Shown: positions 29,897-40,570, counted from the first letter of the stretch. The stretch is DNA of 64,000 nt from Verrucomicrobiia bacterium (GCA_963664225.1 OY760937.1:2848001-2912000), one strand, 5' to 3'. Numbers and translations: made by a program. The notes: generated from the sequence alone by a model not told the origin.

Positions 29897-32800
29897 TTAC
29901 CGGCTTATGAGCCGGTAGAATTGGCCGCTGCCTGCAAGTGAGAGACGCACTGTCTTTTTGTTGCCGTCAACGACTGGCGTCGAGCCCTCATCCGACCAGT
30001 CTCCCTGACTCAGGCCGGCGCGTGATTGAAGCTGGAAGTTCGAAGCCGCCTCCCAGGTGATCACAAGTTGGTTGCTTTCCCGCGCGGCGACGATCTTCGG
30101 CGATTCGGCCACAGGAACCCCTGCTGGCGCTTTCTGAACCGCCTGAATTTCCGCCAATGTGAGCACTTTGTTGAACACATTCAGTTCGTCCATCAAACCG
30201 CGGAAACAGCGGCTGTTCCCTGCCCCGGCCGCATTGCGGGCTCCATTGTCCACGGCGCTGAAGTTGCCTGCGGTTAATTGGCCGATGCTGTTGATCGGGC
30301 CTTGGGGATAATCCGCCGTGATATCAACCGCCGCAGCCTGCGAAGGAGAGCCAAAGTAGAAGCTGGCATTGGCTGTCGCCAATGTCCCGTCATAGGTGAC
30401 CGCAAAGAAGACCCAATTCTCATTGCCCGCCGCAGGGTCTGCGGTGATGCGCGGAGAACTGAGTGCCGCGCTGTATGGGTTTCCATCAGGCCATGTGTTT
30501 ACCCCCAGCCACAGCACGCCATCCGCCTGTTGCACCAGGTCGAAACCGCCGGAACCCAGTCCAGCCTGGCAGTAAAACACGCGGTTGCCGCCAGGACCGT
30601 ATTGCAGATCGCGGCTGTTCAACCAACCGGTCAGGGTGAAGGCTTGCATGGATCCCAGTGTGGGGGTGACGGAGGTCGTCAAGTCGAGAGCCCGGCCACC
30701 CTCGCCATCCGCAATCACGCCAAAGTCCAACGACGATGTGTTGGCGGTGGGGGCAAATGCCCCCGTGGGTGTCAGGTTGGTAAAGGCCGGGAATGCATTG
30801 GCCTGAACCAGGCTGGCGGCGCCGCCCAGATTGCCCAGGTTCGCCGTTGTGGTGCCACTTCCTTCGGAGAACGAGAGGAACACCTTGTGGTTATTCTCAG
30901 CCAGCACGGTCAAGGTCGAGCGCTGACTGGTGGCGGTGTTTTTGGAGTTCGTGACCAGAACCCAGACTTGGTCGCCGCTATCGGACACCGTCGCGCTGTT
31001 CAGCGTGTAATTCGCGTTGGTCGCGCCCGCAATGGCGGTTTCAACACCAGCGTGCTTTTTCCACCATTGAAAACTCAGAGGCGGGGTGCCGCTGGCAGTG
31101 ACTCCAAAGGTCGCGTTTTGGCCTGTGAAAATTTTCACACTTTGCGGTTCCTGCTGAATGGCCACCGGTTCAACGACGGCCGGTTTATAGGCCGGGGCCG
31201 TTTGTTGTGCCTGGATTTCGGTGAGTGTCAATGCCCGGTTATACACGTTAATCTCGTCCATCAACCCACGGAAACAACGGCTCCCGCCGCTGGGGCCGGT
31301 TTCTGTGCGCGCGCCCGCGATTGTGCTGAAGTTGCCAATGCTGAGCGGCCCGGTGCGCGCCACAAGACCGCGACTGTAATCGGCCGCGTAATCCAATTGC
31401 GCCTGCTGGCTGGGGGTGCCGAAATAATAACTCAGATTTCCAGATTCAAGCGTGCTGTCATAGGTGACCGCGAAGTAAACCCAATTGGCGGCGCCCGCCT
31501 CGGGATCGGCGGTAATTTTACCCACGGTGCTCGCCGGACCACCAGGGTTCGCATCCGGCCACTCGTTAATGCCGATTCGCAGCGAGCCATTGGCAAGCTG
31601 CACGAGGTCCACTCCGGCGCCACCGGGAGTTTCCAGCGCGAAAGCGATTCGGTTTCCGCCCCAGCCCTCATTCAAGTCTTTGCAATTAATCCAACCGGAG
31701 ATGGTGAACGACGCAAGCGGCCCCAGGGTATTGTCGAATGCATTGGTCACATCGATCGCCCGGCCGCCTTGTGAGGCGGCGATAACCCCGAAGTCCACGC
31801 ACGCGGTGTTCTCAGTAGGGACATAAGATCCCGTGGGAACATTGGCGGAAGTGGCGGGATATCCCTGAGCGATTGCATAAACGCCATTGCCCTCCAGGTT
31901 GCCGAGGTTGGTCACCGTCATGCCGCCCTCGGAAAACGACAGGGACACCTTGTGTCCGGACTCAGCCACAACCGTGAGAGTCGCAACATCACTCATCAGG
32001 TTCGCGGTTACTGAGTTGCCGACCTTCACGCGGAATTTCGCGCCGCTGTCGGCAAGTGTTACCGCGGCAATCGTGTACGTTTCATTGGTTGCACCGATAA
32101 TATCCACACCATCCCTTTGCCATTGATAGGTGAAAGGCGCAGCGCCATCGGCCTGCACGAGGAACGTCGCCGGCTGATTGGCGAAAACCTTGAGACTCGC
32201 CGGCGATTTGGCAATTGTGGCCGGCACAGGCGGCAACGCCCCGTTGAGCTGGGCTTGTTGAACCTCCGCCAGTGTCAGGGAACGATCGTAGATTTTGAAT
32301 TCATCCACGAGCCCGCGAAACACCCGACTGCCACCGTTGGGGCCCTGCTCATTGCGCGCGCCAACGACATCGCTGAAATTGCCGATGGTCAGCATGCCGG
32401 TGTTTTCGATGAGACCGCCGTTAGCAAGGCCTCCCTTGTAGTTATTCACGGTGTCAATCGAAGCCAGTTTGGTGGGACTGCCAAAGAAATACTTCATGTT
32501 TCCAGAGTCCAGCGCGGAATCGTAAGTGGCCGCAAAGAACACCCAGTTGCCGGGCCCCGCCTGGGGATCCGCCTTCAGCACGCCAACGGAGCTGGAAGGC
32601 CCGCCGCTGCCGCCATCAGGCCATTGATTGATGCCGATGCGCAAGGCGCCATTGCCGAGCTGTACCAGGTCGAAGCCCGCACCGCCGGGACCGTCCAACG
32701 CAAATGCAATGCGATTGCCACCCCAGCCTTCGTTGAGATTGCGGGCGTTCAGCCAGCCGCAGATGGTAAGGGCATTAAACGTGCCCAACGTGCCCAACGG

Positions 32801-33139
32801 GTCGGTGGTTAAATCCACAGAGCGGCCGCCCTGGCCTGCAACGATGTCGCCAAAGTCCACCGAGGAGCTGTTGTTCGCAGGGGCAAAGGGACCGCTGGGA
32901 ACGAGATTGGTGAAGGTTGGAAACGCATCGGGTTGGGCCAGGGTGGCGGACCCGGCCAGCGAACCGCCATTCACAGTGATTGCCCCGTTGACTTCCGAGA
33001 AGCGCATCTCGACGACCGGAGTTGGCAATGCCGCGTTAAGAAGAGTGCTGCATAGCGAGAGGGCGGCCAGAGAAAAGGTCGCCCAGGCAGGCCTGCGACT
33101 TCTCGCATACTCACCCTGAGACTTTGTGGTTGAATGCAT
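29897..33139 (-). CDS. Secreted protein: three LamG/ConA-like jellyroll domains alternating with two Ig domains
   Basis: Signal peptide; three repeats of T.TGW.N...GGNR...W.FFA.TYD...FRGL.DE...Y...LTL.E; Ig motifs ATF.V.A.G..P...QW; C-terminal ...QFYRLISR. Confidence 0.85.
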   Translation of the reverse strand: MHSTTKSQGEYARSRRPAWATFSLAALSLCSTLLNAALPTPVVEMRFSEVNGAITVNGGSLAGSATLAQPDAFPTFTNLVPSGPFAPANNSSSVDFGDIVAGQGGRSVDLTTDPLGTLGTFNALTICGWLNARNLNEGWGGNRIAFALDGPGGAGFDLVQLGNGALRIGINQWPDGGSGGPSSSVGVLKADPQAGPGNWVFFAATYDSALDSGNMKYFFGSPTKLASIDTVNNYKGGLANGGLIENTGMLTIGNFSDVVGARNEQGPNGGSRVFRGLVDEFKIYDRSLTLAEVQQAQLNGALPPVPATIAKSPASLKVFANQPATFLVQADGAAPFTYQWQRDGVDIIGATNETYTIAAVTLADSGAKFRVKVGNSVTANLMSDVATLTVVAESGHKVSLSFSEGGMTVTNLGNLEGNGVYAIAQGYPATSANVPTGSYVPTENTACVDFGVIAASQGGRAIDVTNAFDNTLGPLASFTISGWINCKDLNEGWGGNRIAFALETPGGAGVDLVQLANGSLRIGINEWPDANPGGPASTVGKITADPEAGAANWVYFAVTYDSTLESGNLSYYFGTPSQQAQLDYAADYSRGLVARTGPLSIGNFSTIAGARTETGPSGGSRCFRGLMDEINVYNRALTLTEIQAQQTAPAYKPAVVEPVAIQQEPQSVKIFTGQNATFGVTASGTPPLSFQWWKKHAGVETAIAGATNANYTLNSATVSDSGDQVWVLVTNSKNTATSQRSTLTVLAENNHKVFLSFSEGSGTTTANLGNLGGAASLVQANAFPAFTNLTPTGAFAPTANTSSLDFGVIADGEGGRALDLTTSVTPTLGSMQAFTLTGWLNSRDLQYGPGGNRVFYCQAGLGSGGFDLVQQADGVLWLGVNTWPDGNPYSAALSSPRITADPAAGNENWVFFAVTYDGTLATANASFYFGSPSQAAAVDITADYPQGPINSIGQLTAGNFSAVDNGARNAAGAGNSRCFRGLMDELNVFNKVLTLAEIQAVQKAPAGVPVAESPKIVAARESNQLVITWEAASNFQLQSRAGLSQGDWSDEGSTPVVDGNKKTVRLSLAGSGQFYRLISR

Positions 33140-33291
33140 GGTTGTTTCCTTTGTTTCCTTTGGTTTTTGAAATCTTCGTTGGATTGACGCCTTCGGCGTC
33201 CCACCAACAAAGGCGGTTGATTTTGCTTTTTGATTCAGGTTGAAATGATTTTGCATCTGGCTTCGCGGCGGCGGCGGTCGAAAGGCATCCG

Positions 33292-34203
33292 TTATTTTGG
33301 CGGCGCAATGTGATTGGTCATCCATTGAAAATCCCCCAATTCGCTGGTGCCGATGAACGGCAAATCCGGATAGGGACGCAAGGTGGCGCCATCCGCCCCT
33401 TTGACTACTTTGGTTAAACCTGAAGTGCGCCACTTGCGAATCTCGGAATGTCCATCGGCAAATACGAAGCCACCGGCATTGCCGTGACGGCCGGAAGGCG
33501 CGTCCAGCCATTTGTTCTTGCTGAATTGACGCATGTTATCGAATGGAAAATAATGGGCGTCATTGATGCTGTTTTCGTGCTCATCCAGCAGCACAAAGAA
33601 CTGCGTGGGCCCCGGGCTGGTCATTTGCGACATCCTCATCACATTCCGATATTGAGATGCACCAGTGACATAACCGCTCGGGGGGCCAAAAAAGGCGTTG
33701 GCGGCGAAGCTGATGACTCTCGCGCGCAATTGGTTTTGATATCGCAACTGGCTGCGATCGGCTGCGCAGCGAAATGTCTGTGGGTTCTTCACGTACCGGA
33801 AGGTCGGGCTGTTTAGTAAAATGCGATTGGTAATCCCGTCCGGCACCTGGTCATACATGCCATCGCACCAGCCCGGGACACCCGTTTCGCTGAGCGGTCC
33901 CAGCGCGGCGTCGTTGTTATCCAGGCCATACAGTTGCCAGGCGAGCCCGAGCTGCTTTATGTTGTTCATGCAGTGCACACCCGTCGCTTTCATCTTGGCT
34001 TTGGAAAGCGCCGGCAACAACATGCCCGCCAGAATGGCGATGATGGCGATGACCACGAGCAATTCGATCAGCGTGAATCCCATCCGCCATGAGGATCGAA
34101 GGGAGCGAGGGGGGAGGTCGACACAATGACATGTAATAGGCTTAAATCGTTCGGAAAGTCTTTTTTCTGAAGAAAATGCCAATTCAGAGGATCGAATATT
34201 CAT
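33292..34203 (-). CDS. Prepilin-type N-terminal cleavage/methylation protein with H-X9-DG C-terminal motif
   Basis: [29 protein letters not shown]...CMNNIKQL; C-terminal [14 protein letters not shown]. Confidence 0.93.
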   Translation of the reverse strand: MNIRSSELAFSSEKRLSERFKPITCHCVDLPPRSLRSSWRMGFTLIELLVVIAIIAILAGMLLPALSKAKMKATGVHCMNNIKQLGLAWQLYGLDNNDAALGPLSETGVPGWCDGMYDQVPDGITNRILLNSPTFRYVKNPQTFRCAADRSQLRYQNQLRARVISFAANAFFGPPSGYVTGASQYRNVMRMSQMTSPGPTQFFVLLDEHENSINDAHYFPFDNMRQFSKNKWLDAPSGRHGNAGGFVFADGHSEIRKWRTSGLTKVVKGADGATLRPYPDLPFIGTSELGDFQWMTNHIAPPK

Positions 34204-34443
34204 GATGGATATGAATGGGTATTATCGTCTTGCGCCATAGGTGGGATGCTCTTTATCTCCTCATCCGCAACCCAAGCCCGGACAGCCTTCAAACAAACTG
34301 CGGCAACGTTAATCGGCCAGGCGGCGGGGAACCCTGCCACGAACTCAAACGAATTTGACGTCACTTTGTGTTGCGTCGGAAATCGGCTCATAAACGGTTG
34401 CGGCTTTATTCTCTAAGGATGACATTTGCGAATGTCTGGTGCT

Positions 34444-34472
34444 AGAATAGGACGATCAAAGAATAGGACGAT
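34444..34472. promoter_or_regulatory. Perfect 13-bp direct repeat AGAATAGGACGAT x2 in divergent intergenic region (candidate operator)
   Basis: Copies at 34444-34456 and 34460-34472 (16-bp period) between the uptake and catabolic operons. Confidence 0.5.
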
Positions 34473-34632
34473 TTTTACCCGCCCTCACATTTGCCAACGG
34501 TTTCGCGGATGGGTCTCCCGTCTTTTACAATTGGATCAACCCATTTTTGCTTCAGGTGAATTTTGTCCAAAACAAAAATAATCGTCTCCTAGCCTTGAAA
34601 GCCAACTCCATTTAAGGTCAGTTGCACTGGAC

Positions 34633-35673
34633 ATGAGAGAATTGAGATTTGCCATTATAGGCACGGGGTTTTGGTCTCGCTATCAACTTGCGGCATGGAA
34701 GGAACTTCAGAGCGTTCGCTGTGTTGCCCTCTATAACCGCACACGCTCCAAGGCTGAAGCAATGGCTCGCGATTTCGATATTCCAGCGGTTTACGATGAC
34801 GTCGAAGCCCTGCTCTCGAAGGAACCACTTGATTTCATCGATATCATCACGGACGTCGGCACGCACCGGCGATTCGTAGAATTGGCTGCTGCTCACAAGG
34901 TCCCAGTAATTTGCCAGAAGCCGATGGCGCCATCCCTTGCGGACGCGCGCGCCATGAACACTGCCTGCCGTGAGGCTGGGGTGCCATTCTTTGTCCATGA
35001 AAACTGGCGATGGCAGACCCCCATTCGCGCCTTGAAAAACAGGCTCGACGATGGACTGATTGGGCGTGTATTCCGGGCGCGGATTCAATACTCGAACAGT
35101 TTTCCGGTGTTCGACAATCAACCGTTTCTCAAGGAACTGGAGCAGTTCATCCTCACCGACATTGGCACGCATATACTCGACACGACACGCATGCTTTTCG
35201 GCGAGGCCAGCACACTCTTCTGCCGCACCAGCCGGGTGCATCGGGACATTCGGGGCGAGGACGTCGCCACGGTCATGCTGGGAATGGATTCCGGCGCCAC
35301 AGTCAATTGCGAGATGAGCTACGCGAGTCGCGTCGAACATGACCGGTTTCCAGAAACCTACATTTTCGTTGAAGGCGAGCTGGGCTCCATTGAATTGGGC
35401 CCGGATTATTGGATTCGAGTCACCACGGCCGCCGGAACCCTCGCCCAACGTTGTCCACCGCCCCGTTTTCAATGGGCGGATCCACGTTATGATTTAAGCC
35501 AATCCAGCGGAGTGGCCTGTAACGCCAATTTGCTCGAGGCGCTGCTGCATGGTCATCCCGCGGAAACCACAGGCGGGGATAATTTGCGAACGCTCGAACT
35601 GGTTTTTGGAAGTTACGAGTCCGCACGCACAGGCCAGGTGGTGAAGTTGCCATTTGGAACAACCACGAATTAA
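34633..35673 (+). CDS. apsD: Gfo/Idh/MocA oxidoreductase, probable D-apiose dehydrogenase
   Basis: IIGTGFW, ICQKPMA, HENWRWQTPI, QPFL..L..FILTDIGTHILD, IRGEDVAT, SYAS...FPET; context with apnO/apnL supports the specific function. Confidence 0.72.
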   Translation: MRELRFAIIGTGFWSRYQLAAWKELQSVRCVALYNRTRSKAEAMARDFDIPAVYDDVEALLSKEPLDFIDIITDVGTHRRFVELAAAHKVPVICQKPMAPSLADARAMNTACREAGVPFFVHENWRWQTPIRALKNRLDDGLIGRVFRARIQYSNSFPVFDNQPFLKELEQFILTDIGTHILDTTRMLFGEASTLFCRTSRVHRDIRGEDVATVMLGMDSGATVNCEMSYASRVEHDRFPETYIFVEGELGSIELGPDYWIRVTTAAGTLAQRCPPPRFQWADPRYDLSQSSGVACNANLLEALLHGHPAETTGGDNLRTLELVFGSYESARTGQVVKLPFGTTTN

Positions 35674-35762
35674 TAAATGCATTTGCGTTTGCCATTCCAT
35701 CACAATCACTTTCGTAATACTGCAAAAAACGGTAACCAACACCCTGGGCAGCCTCTAATCTT

Positions 35763-36623
35763 ATGACAACAATCGCTTTATTTGGAGCCGGTGGGAAAAT
35801 GGGATGTCGGATCATCGACCATCTTGCTTCCAATCCAGCCTTCAAACTTTTATGTGTCGAAGTCAGTGATTCCGGGCGGGCCAACCTGGCCCATCGGAAG
35901 TTGACGCCCATGGCTCAGGACGTTGCCCTCGGCGAGGCGGACGTTGTCATCCTGGCCCTTCCCGATCGCGTTCTGGGCAAAGTGGCGGCTGAAGTGGTTT
36001 CCAAAGTCAAATCCGGCGCCATGGTGATCACGCTCGATCCTGCCGCCGCACATGCCGGTGAATTGCCTGTCCGCGCCGATATCACTTATTTCGTGACACA
36101 TCCCTGCCATCCTTCTGTCTTCGATTGCGAGGATGATCCTGCGGCCCGGGCCGACTTCTTTGGAGGAACCAACGCCAGGCATCCCATCGTTTGCGCTCTG
36201 ATGCAGGGTCCGGAGGGCGACTACGCCAAAGGGGAAACTCTTGCTAAACTATTTTTTGCGCCAGTTTCCAGAAGCCACCGTATTACGGTCGAACAAATGG
36301 CCATCCTCGAACCTGCAATGGCTGAAACCACGGCGGCCGCGCTCATTCTGGTCATACGCGAGGCCATGGATGAAGCCATTCGCCGCGGTGTTCCTCCAGA
36401 AGCGGCCCGGGATTTCATTTATGGCCACATCAAGGTTCCCCTGGGCATCGCCTTTGAAAAGGTCAACTTCACATTCTCTGACGGCGCAAAGCTGATCATG
36501 CAATACGGCCGGGATCGCATTCTGAGGCCTGATTGGAAAAAAGTCTTCGAACCGGAAAGCGTTAAAGAACAGGTCAAAGCCATTGTCTCAGGTCAACTGC
36601 CTCCCGCGCCGCATCAGGATTAA
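35763..36623 (+). CDS. apnO: D-apionate oxidoisomerase (6PGDH-like C-terminal domain family)
   Basis: IALFGAGGKMG, LDPAA, YFVTHPCHP, DFFGG, IVCALMQGPE, TVEQMAILEP, FSDGA, WKKVFEP, all characteristic of this family. Confidence 0.82.
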   Translation: MTTIALFGAGGKMGCRIIDHLASNPAFKLLCVEVSDSGRANLAHRKLTPMAQDVALGEADVVILALPDRVLGKVAAEVVSKVKSGAMVITLDPAAAHAGELPVRADITYFVTHPCHPSVFDCEDDPAARADFFGGTNARHPIVCALMQGPEGDYAKGETLAKLFFAPVSRSHRITVEQMAILEPAMAETTAAALILVIREAMDEAIRRGVPPEAARDFIYGHIKVPLGIAFEKVNFTFSDGAKLIMQYGRDRILRPDWKKVFEPESVKEQVKAIVSGQLPPAPHQD

Positions 36624-36626
36624 TTC

Positions 36627-37439
36627 ATGCAACTGGGCATAGGCTCTTATACTTACACTTGGGCCGTTGGCGTGCCAGGTCATCCACCGGCGCATCCGAT
36701 GACCGCGCTGGAATTACTCGATGAGGCTCATAAGCTCGATGTGCGCGTCGTCCAGATTTGCGACAACCTGCCGCTGGCCAATTTGAATGAAGCCGATATT
36801 GCGGCATTTGAACAAAAGGCGCGTCAATTGGGAATTGCCATCGAACTCGGCACGCACGGGTTGGAATCCTGCAACCTATTGACCCACCTGAGGCTGGCTC
36901 AGCGTTTTGGCTGCTCGTTCCTCCGTCTCGTCATCGATGCCAACGGGGATGAACCCTCGCCAGAACAGGCTGTGGAAAGGTTGAAGGAATTCATGCCGGA
37001 ATTTCAGCGCGCCAAGGTCAGGCTGGCCATCGAAAACCATGACCGGTTCACCGCGGCCACACTCGTTCGCATGATCGAGCAGCTTGGGCCCGATCGCGCC
37101 GGCATCTGTCTGGATACGGCCAATTCACTGGGCGCGTTGGAAGGCCCGCGTATCGTGGTCGAAACGCTCGCGCCCTACACCTTGAATTTGCACATCAAGG
37201 ACATCACCATCCGTCGTGTGCCCTCCAAAATGGGCTTTATCGTCGATGGCTGTGCGGCTGGCAGGGGGCACCTCGATGTGCCATGGATCCTTGAATGCCT
37301 GCGCGCGCATGGCCGGAATCCCAACGCAATCGTCGAATTATGGACTCCTTACGGGCCTGCGCTCGATGAGACCATTGCCCGGGAACGGTCCTGGGCTGAA
37401 GAAAGCGTCCGCAATTTGCGCGCATTGATGCCGGCCTGA
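36627..37439 (+). CDS. oiaC: Xylose-isomerase-like TIM barrel, probable 3-oxo-isoapionate decarboxylase
   Basis: LGIGSYTYTW, VQICD, ELGT.GL, LAIENH, GICLDTAN, LHIKD; directly downstream of apnO. Confidence 0.65.
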   Translation: MQLGIGSYTYTWAVGVPGHPPAHPMTALELLDEAHKLDVRVVQICDNLPLANLNEADIAAFEQKARQLGIAIELGTHGLESCNLLTHLRLAQRFGCSFLRLVIDANGDEPSPEQAVERLKEFMPEFQRAKVRLAIENHDRFTAATLVRMIEQLGPDRAGICLDTANSLGALEGPRIVVETLAPYTLNLHIKDITIRRVPSKMGFIVDGCAAGRGHLDVPWILECLRAHGRNPNAIVELWTPYGPALDETIARERSWAEESVRNLRALMPA

Positions 37440-37505
37440 GCCTTCAGGCCAAAACCATTGGATGAGACTGGTTTTTCGCATCTATAAAACTCATGGTGGC
37501 GGGCC

Positions 37506-39485
37506 ATGCAGTCGGCGATTATGAAACCAATTCAAATGAATTCCATAACTCCACCAACGTCCGTCACGTTGCACGCCGGACCGCTTGTCCTATTGTTCGA
37601 GCCGGACACAACTTTCCTGCGCCGCATCAGCCTCAACGGTGTGGAGATCCTTCGCTGCATTTATGGTGCGGTGCGGGATCGCAATTGGGGAACCGTCCCG
37701 CCACAAATCCATGATTTGAGTGTGCTTCCGGAAAAGGATTCCTTCCAACTTCATTTCGGTGCGGCCTGCAAGGAAGGTCCGATTGAATTCGTTTGGAAGG
37801 CAAGTATTCATGGGGCCTCGGATGGCACCATCCAGTTCGATTTCGAGGGTGAGGCCCTCACCGCTTTTTTGCGCAATCGCATTGGCCTCTGCGTCCTTCA
37901 TCCCTTGACGGGTTGCGCAGGGGAGCCCTGCCTGGTGGAACATATGGATGGTTCCGTCGAATGCGGCCAATTTCCGAAACACATTTCGCCTCACCAGCCT
38001 TTCGAGCAAATCCGTGCCATCACCCATGCGGTGGTCCCAGGTCTCAAGGCCGAAGTGCGTTTTGAAGGCGAGATCTTCGAAATGGAAGATCAGCGGAATT
38101 GGACCGACGCATCGTTTAAAACCTATTGCACGCCGCTGTCCAAACCTTTCCCGGTGCTCATCGAAAAAGGAACGCGCATCCATCAATCGGTCACCTTGCG
38201 CCTGATTGGCAATCCGACAACCGTGGCCGCCCCCGCACCAAAACCATGGATCGATGTCGATGTTCCCACGGCGCCCGATCGCGATTTGCCGCCCGTTGGC
38301 CTGTGCCTTTCAAGCCCGGCACGCCGGATTTCCTCCATAATGATGGAGCGCCTGCGTGCGCTTTCCCTGTCGCATTTGCGGGTTGATTTGCACATGGGCC
38401 AGACGGACTGGAGGACGCATTTGCGATATGCGGCCGAAGTGCTCAGCGGACTCCCAACGTGCCGATTGCACCTGGCACTCTTTCTGACGGCCAGCTTCCA
38501 GACGGAATTGGAGCAACTCCGGGATGAATGTCTTCACTTTGATTCTGGCAACCTGCAATGGAGTGCCGCGGATACCGTTTCTTTATGGCTTGTCCATTGC
38601 GAGAGCGTTTCCAGAATCCCTGAACCAATGCTGAAGGCCGCCATGGTCATGCTGAAACTGGTTGCACCGAGAGCGCTTTGGGCCTCGGGCACCAACGCCC
38701 ATTTCGCCGAACTCAATCGAAATCGCCCCTATCCTGAGTTTCCCATGCTTCCTTGTTATTCCATGACTCCACAAGTTCACGCGAACGACGACCTTTCGCT
38801 CTTTGAAAATCTGGAAGCTCAACTGCACACTGTGGAATCGTTGGAAGAATTCTCGAGCCGCCCCGCGGTCATTTCCCCCATCACACTGCGGCCGCGCTTT
38901 AATGCAGTGGCTACGGGAACAGACATCGTTGCATTGGAGCCAAAACTGCCCGCCTCGGTGGATCCCCGCCAATTGACACTCCAGGGCGCCGCCTGGACCT
39001 TGGGAAGTCTCTCCAGGCTTTGTGTATCGAAGAAAGTCCATAGCCTGACCTACTATGCCACAGCAGGCTGGCACGGTGTCATGGAATACGATGAAGGTTC
39101 CCCATTCCCTGATCAGTTTCCCTCCTGTCCCGGAACTGTCTTCCCCCTTTATCATGTCTTTAAACAACTGGCTGGCAGCACCAGAACAACGCCAACCCAT
39201 GTCAGCGAACCGGACCATTTGGCGGCATTAACGCTCTTCGATCGCCAGGGGAATCGTTCAGTTCTACTGGCCAACCTGACCCTGGCTCCACTGGAAGTTC
39301 GCATCCGCTCCGCTTCACCTGCTTCAACGGTTCACTGGAAGTTTCTGGACGATGCCAATGCCCACCAAGCCGCGGTCAACCCTGAATCGTTTGCGGAGCA
39401 ACCGCACTCGTCAGCGCAAATGGTGGGCAATGCATGCAAACTGTTAATCCCCGCCTACGCATTCGCGCGGGTCACATTTGATTGA
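37506..39485 (+). CDS. apnL: D-apionate lactonase-like protein
   Basis: 659 aa; LHAGPL...LRRI...E.LR.I...VRDRNWGT, NRIGLCVLHP, FEMEDQRNWTDASFKTY, FAELNR.RP, VHANDD, DPRQ. Confidence 0.8.
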   Translation: MQSAIMKPIQMNSITPPTSVTLHAGPLVLLFEPDTTFLRRISLNGVEILRCIYGAVRDRNWGTVPPQIHDLSVLPEKDSFQLHFGAACKEGPIEFVWKASIHGASDGTIQFDFEGEALTAFLRNRIGLCVLHPLTGCAGEPCLVEHMDGSVECGQFPKHISPHQPFEQIRAITHAVVPGLKAEVRFEGEIFEMEDQRNWTDASFKTYCTPLSKPFPVLIEKGTRIHQSVTLRLIGNPTTVAAPAPKPWIDVDVPTAPDRDLPPVGLCLSSPARRISSIMMERLRALSLSHLRVDLHMGQTDWRTHLRYAAEVLSGLPTCRLHLALFLTASFQTELEQLRDECLHFDSGNLQWSAADTVSLWLVHCESVSRIPEPMLKAAMVMLKLVAPRALWASGTNAHFAELNRNRPYPEFPMLPCYSMTPQVHANDDLSLFENLEAQLHTVESLEEFSSRPAVISPITLRPRFNAVATGTDIVALEPKLPASVDPRQLTLQGAAWTLGSLSRLCVSKKVHSLTYYATAGWHGVMEYDEGSPFPDQFPSCPGTVFPLYHVFKQLAGSTRTTPTHVSEPDHLAALTLFDRQGNRSVLLANLTLAPLEVRIRSASPASTVHWKFLDDANAHQAAVNPESFAEQPHSSAQMVGNACKLLIPAYAFARVTFD

Positions 39486-39589
39486 ATAACCAGTCAACCA
39501 GTCAACATATTGGGCCTGGATTTGGTTAAGCGCGCCTGAACCGCTTTTTACTTTCGCTTGTTTGTCGGGGCCGCTAAGATGAATCACAT

Positions 39590-40570
39590 GTGAAGCCGAT
39601 TACAACTGACATAGCCCTTAAAGATGGTTTTTCGAGCCTGCTCGAAATTTGTCGCAGGCTGAACTTCGAGCCGCACAATATCGCGCACCAACTCGATGCC
39701 CGTGGCCGTTATGAAGTCGAATTGGACCGGGAGTTTCCGTTTCTCATCAAGCTCTTTCATTATTCATCACGGCAGCACACACGCGGCGCCACATGGCATG
39801 AACGTCTCGAGTTGTTCATGCCTCTGGATGGGAATGCCAGGTTCCAGATGGGCGAAAAGGAAGTGCACCTCGAACAGGGAGACATCCTGGTGGTGGACAA
39901 CATGAAACTCCATCAAGTGGTGGACTTCCGAGGTTTCGACACCCGAGTCATAGTGATCAGCTTCATGGCGGAGTTTGTTTACAGCCTCGGATCGCCATCG
40001 CAAGATTATGGTTTTCTACTTCCATTTTACTCGCGCACAGGCAATCGCCCGCACGTCCTGCACCTCACCGACCCCGATGCCCCGTCCGTCTATCAAGCCA
40101 TTGCCAGGCTCCTGTCCATTTCCTTTGAAGAAAAGGACCGCCAGTTTTATCAAATTGGGTGCAAGGCATTCTTCCTGGAAATGCTCTACCACCTCGCGCG
40201 ACATTTCCGGGGATCTGAACTGCTTAAATGGGAATTTGTCCGCCAGCAGCAGCGTTCCTTGCGCCTCAAACCTCTCTTCGACCATATCAGCCGAAGTTTT
40301 TCAGACAAGCTGTCCGTGGCGGAAGCCGCTCGCATCGCCCGCATGAGTCCGCCCCAATTCATGAAGACCTTCAAAAAAGTCGCGGGCATGACCCTCATTT
40401 CCTATATCCATCACGTTCGGCTTTCCAGCGCGGTCAACCTCCTGACGGATACCGACCTGTCCATCGCGGAAATAGCTGCCCGCGTCGGTTTCACAGACCA
40501 AAGTTACTTCGATAAGCGCTTCAAAGCCTCCTTTGGCCGGTCCCCGAAACAATTCCGATCCTCGGAATAG
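39590..40570 (+). CDS. AraC-family transcriptional regulator (cupin + HTH)
   Basis: WHERLEL cupin sensor; AARIARMS..FMKTFKK..G, SIAEIAARVGFTDQSYFDKRFK..FG.SP. Confidence 0.92.
   Translation: MKPITTDIALKDGFSSLLEICRRLNFEPHNIAHQLDARGRYEVELDREFPFLIKLFHYSSRQHTRGATWHERLELFMPLDGNARFQMGEKEVHLEQGDILVVDNMKLHQVVDFRGFDTRVIVISFMAEFVYSLGSPSQDYGFLLPFYSRTGNRPHVLHLTDPDAPSVYQAIARLLSISFEEKDRQFYQIGCKAFFLEMLYHLARHFRGSELLKWEFVRQQQRSLRLKPLFDHISRSFSDKLSVAEAARIARMSPPQFMKTFKKVAGMTLISYIHHVRLSSAVNLLTDTDLSIAEIAARVGFTDQSYFDKRFKASFGRSPKQFRSSE

Noticed and set aside
30278..31774. Long opposite-strand ORFs (also 46918-48630, 48808-50046, 54200-55558, 2078-3004)
   Set aside because: Antisense shadows of well-supported high-GC genes; no motifs of their own.
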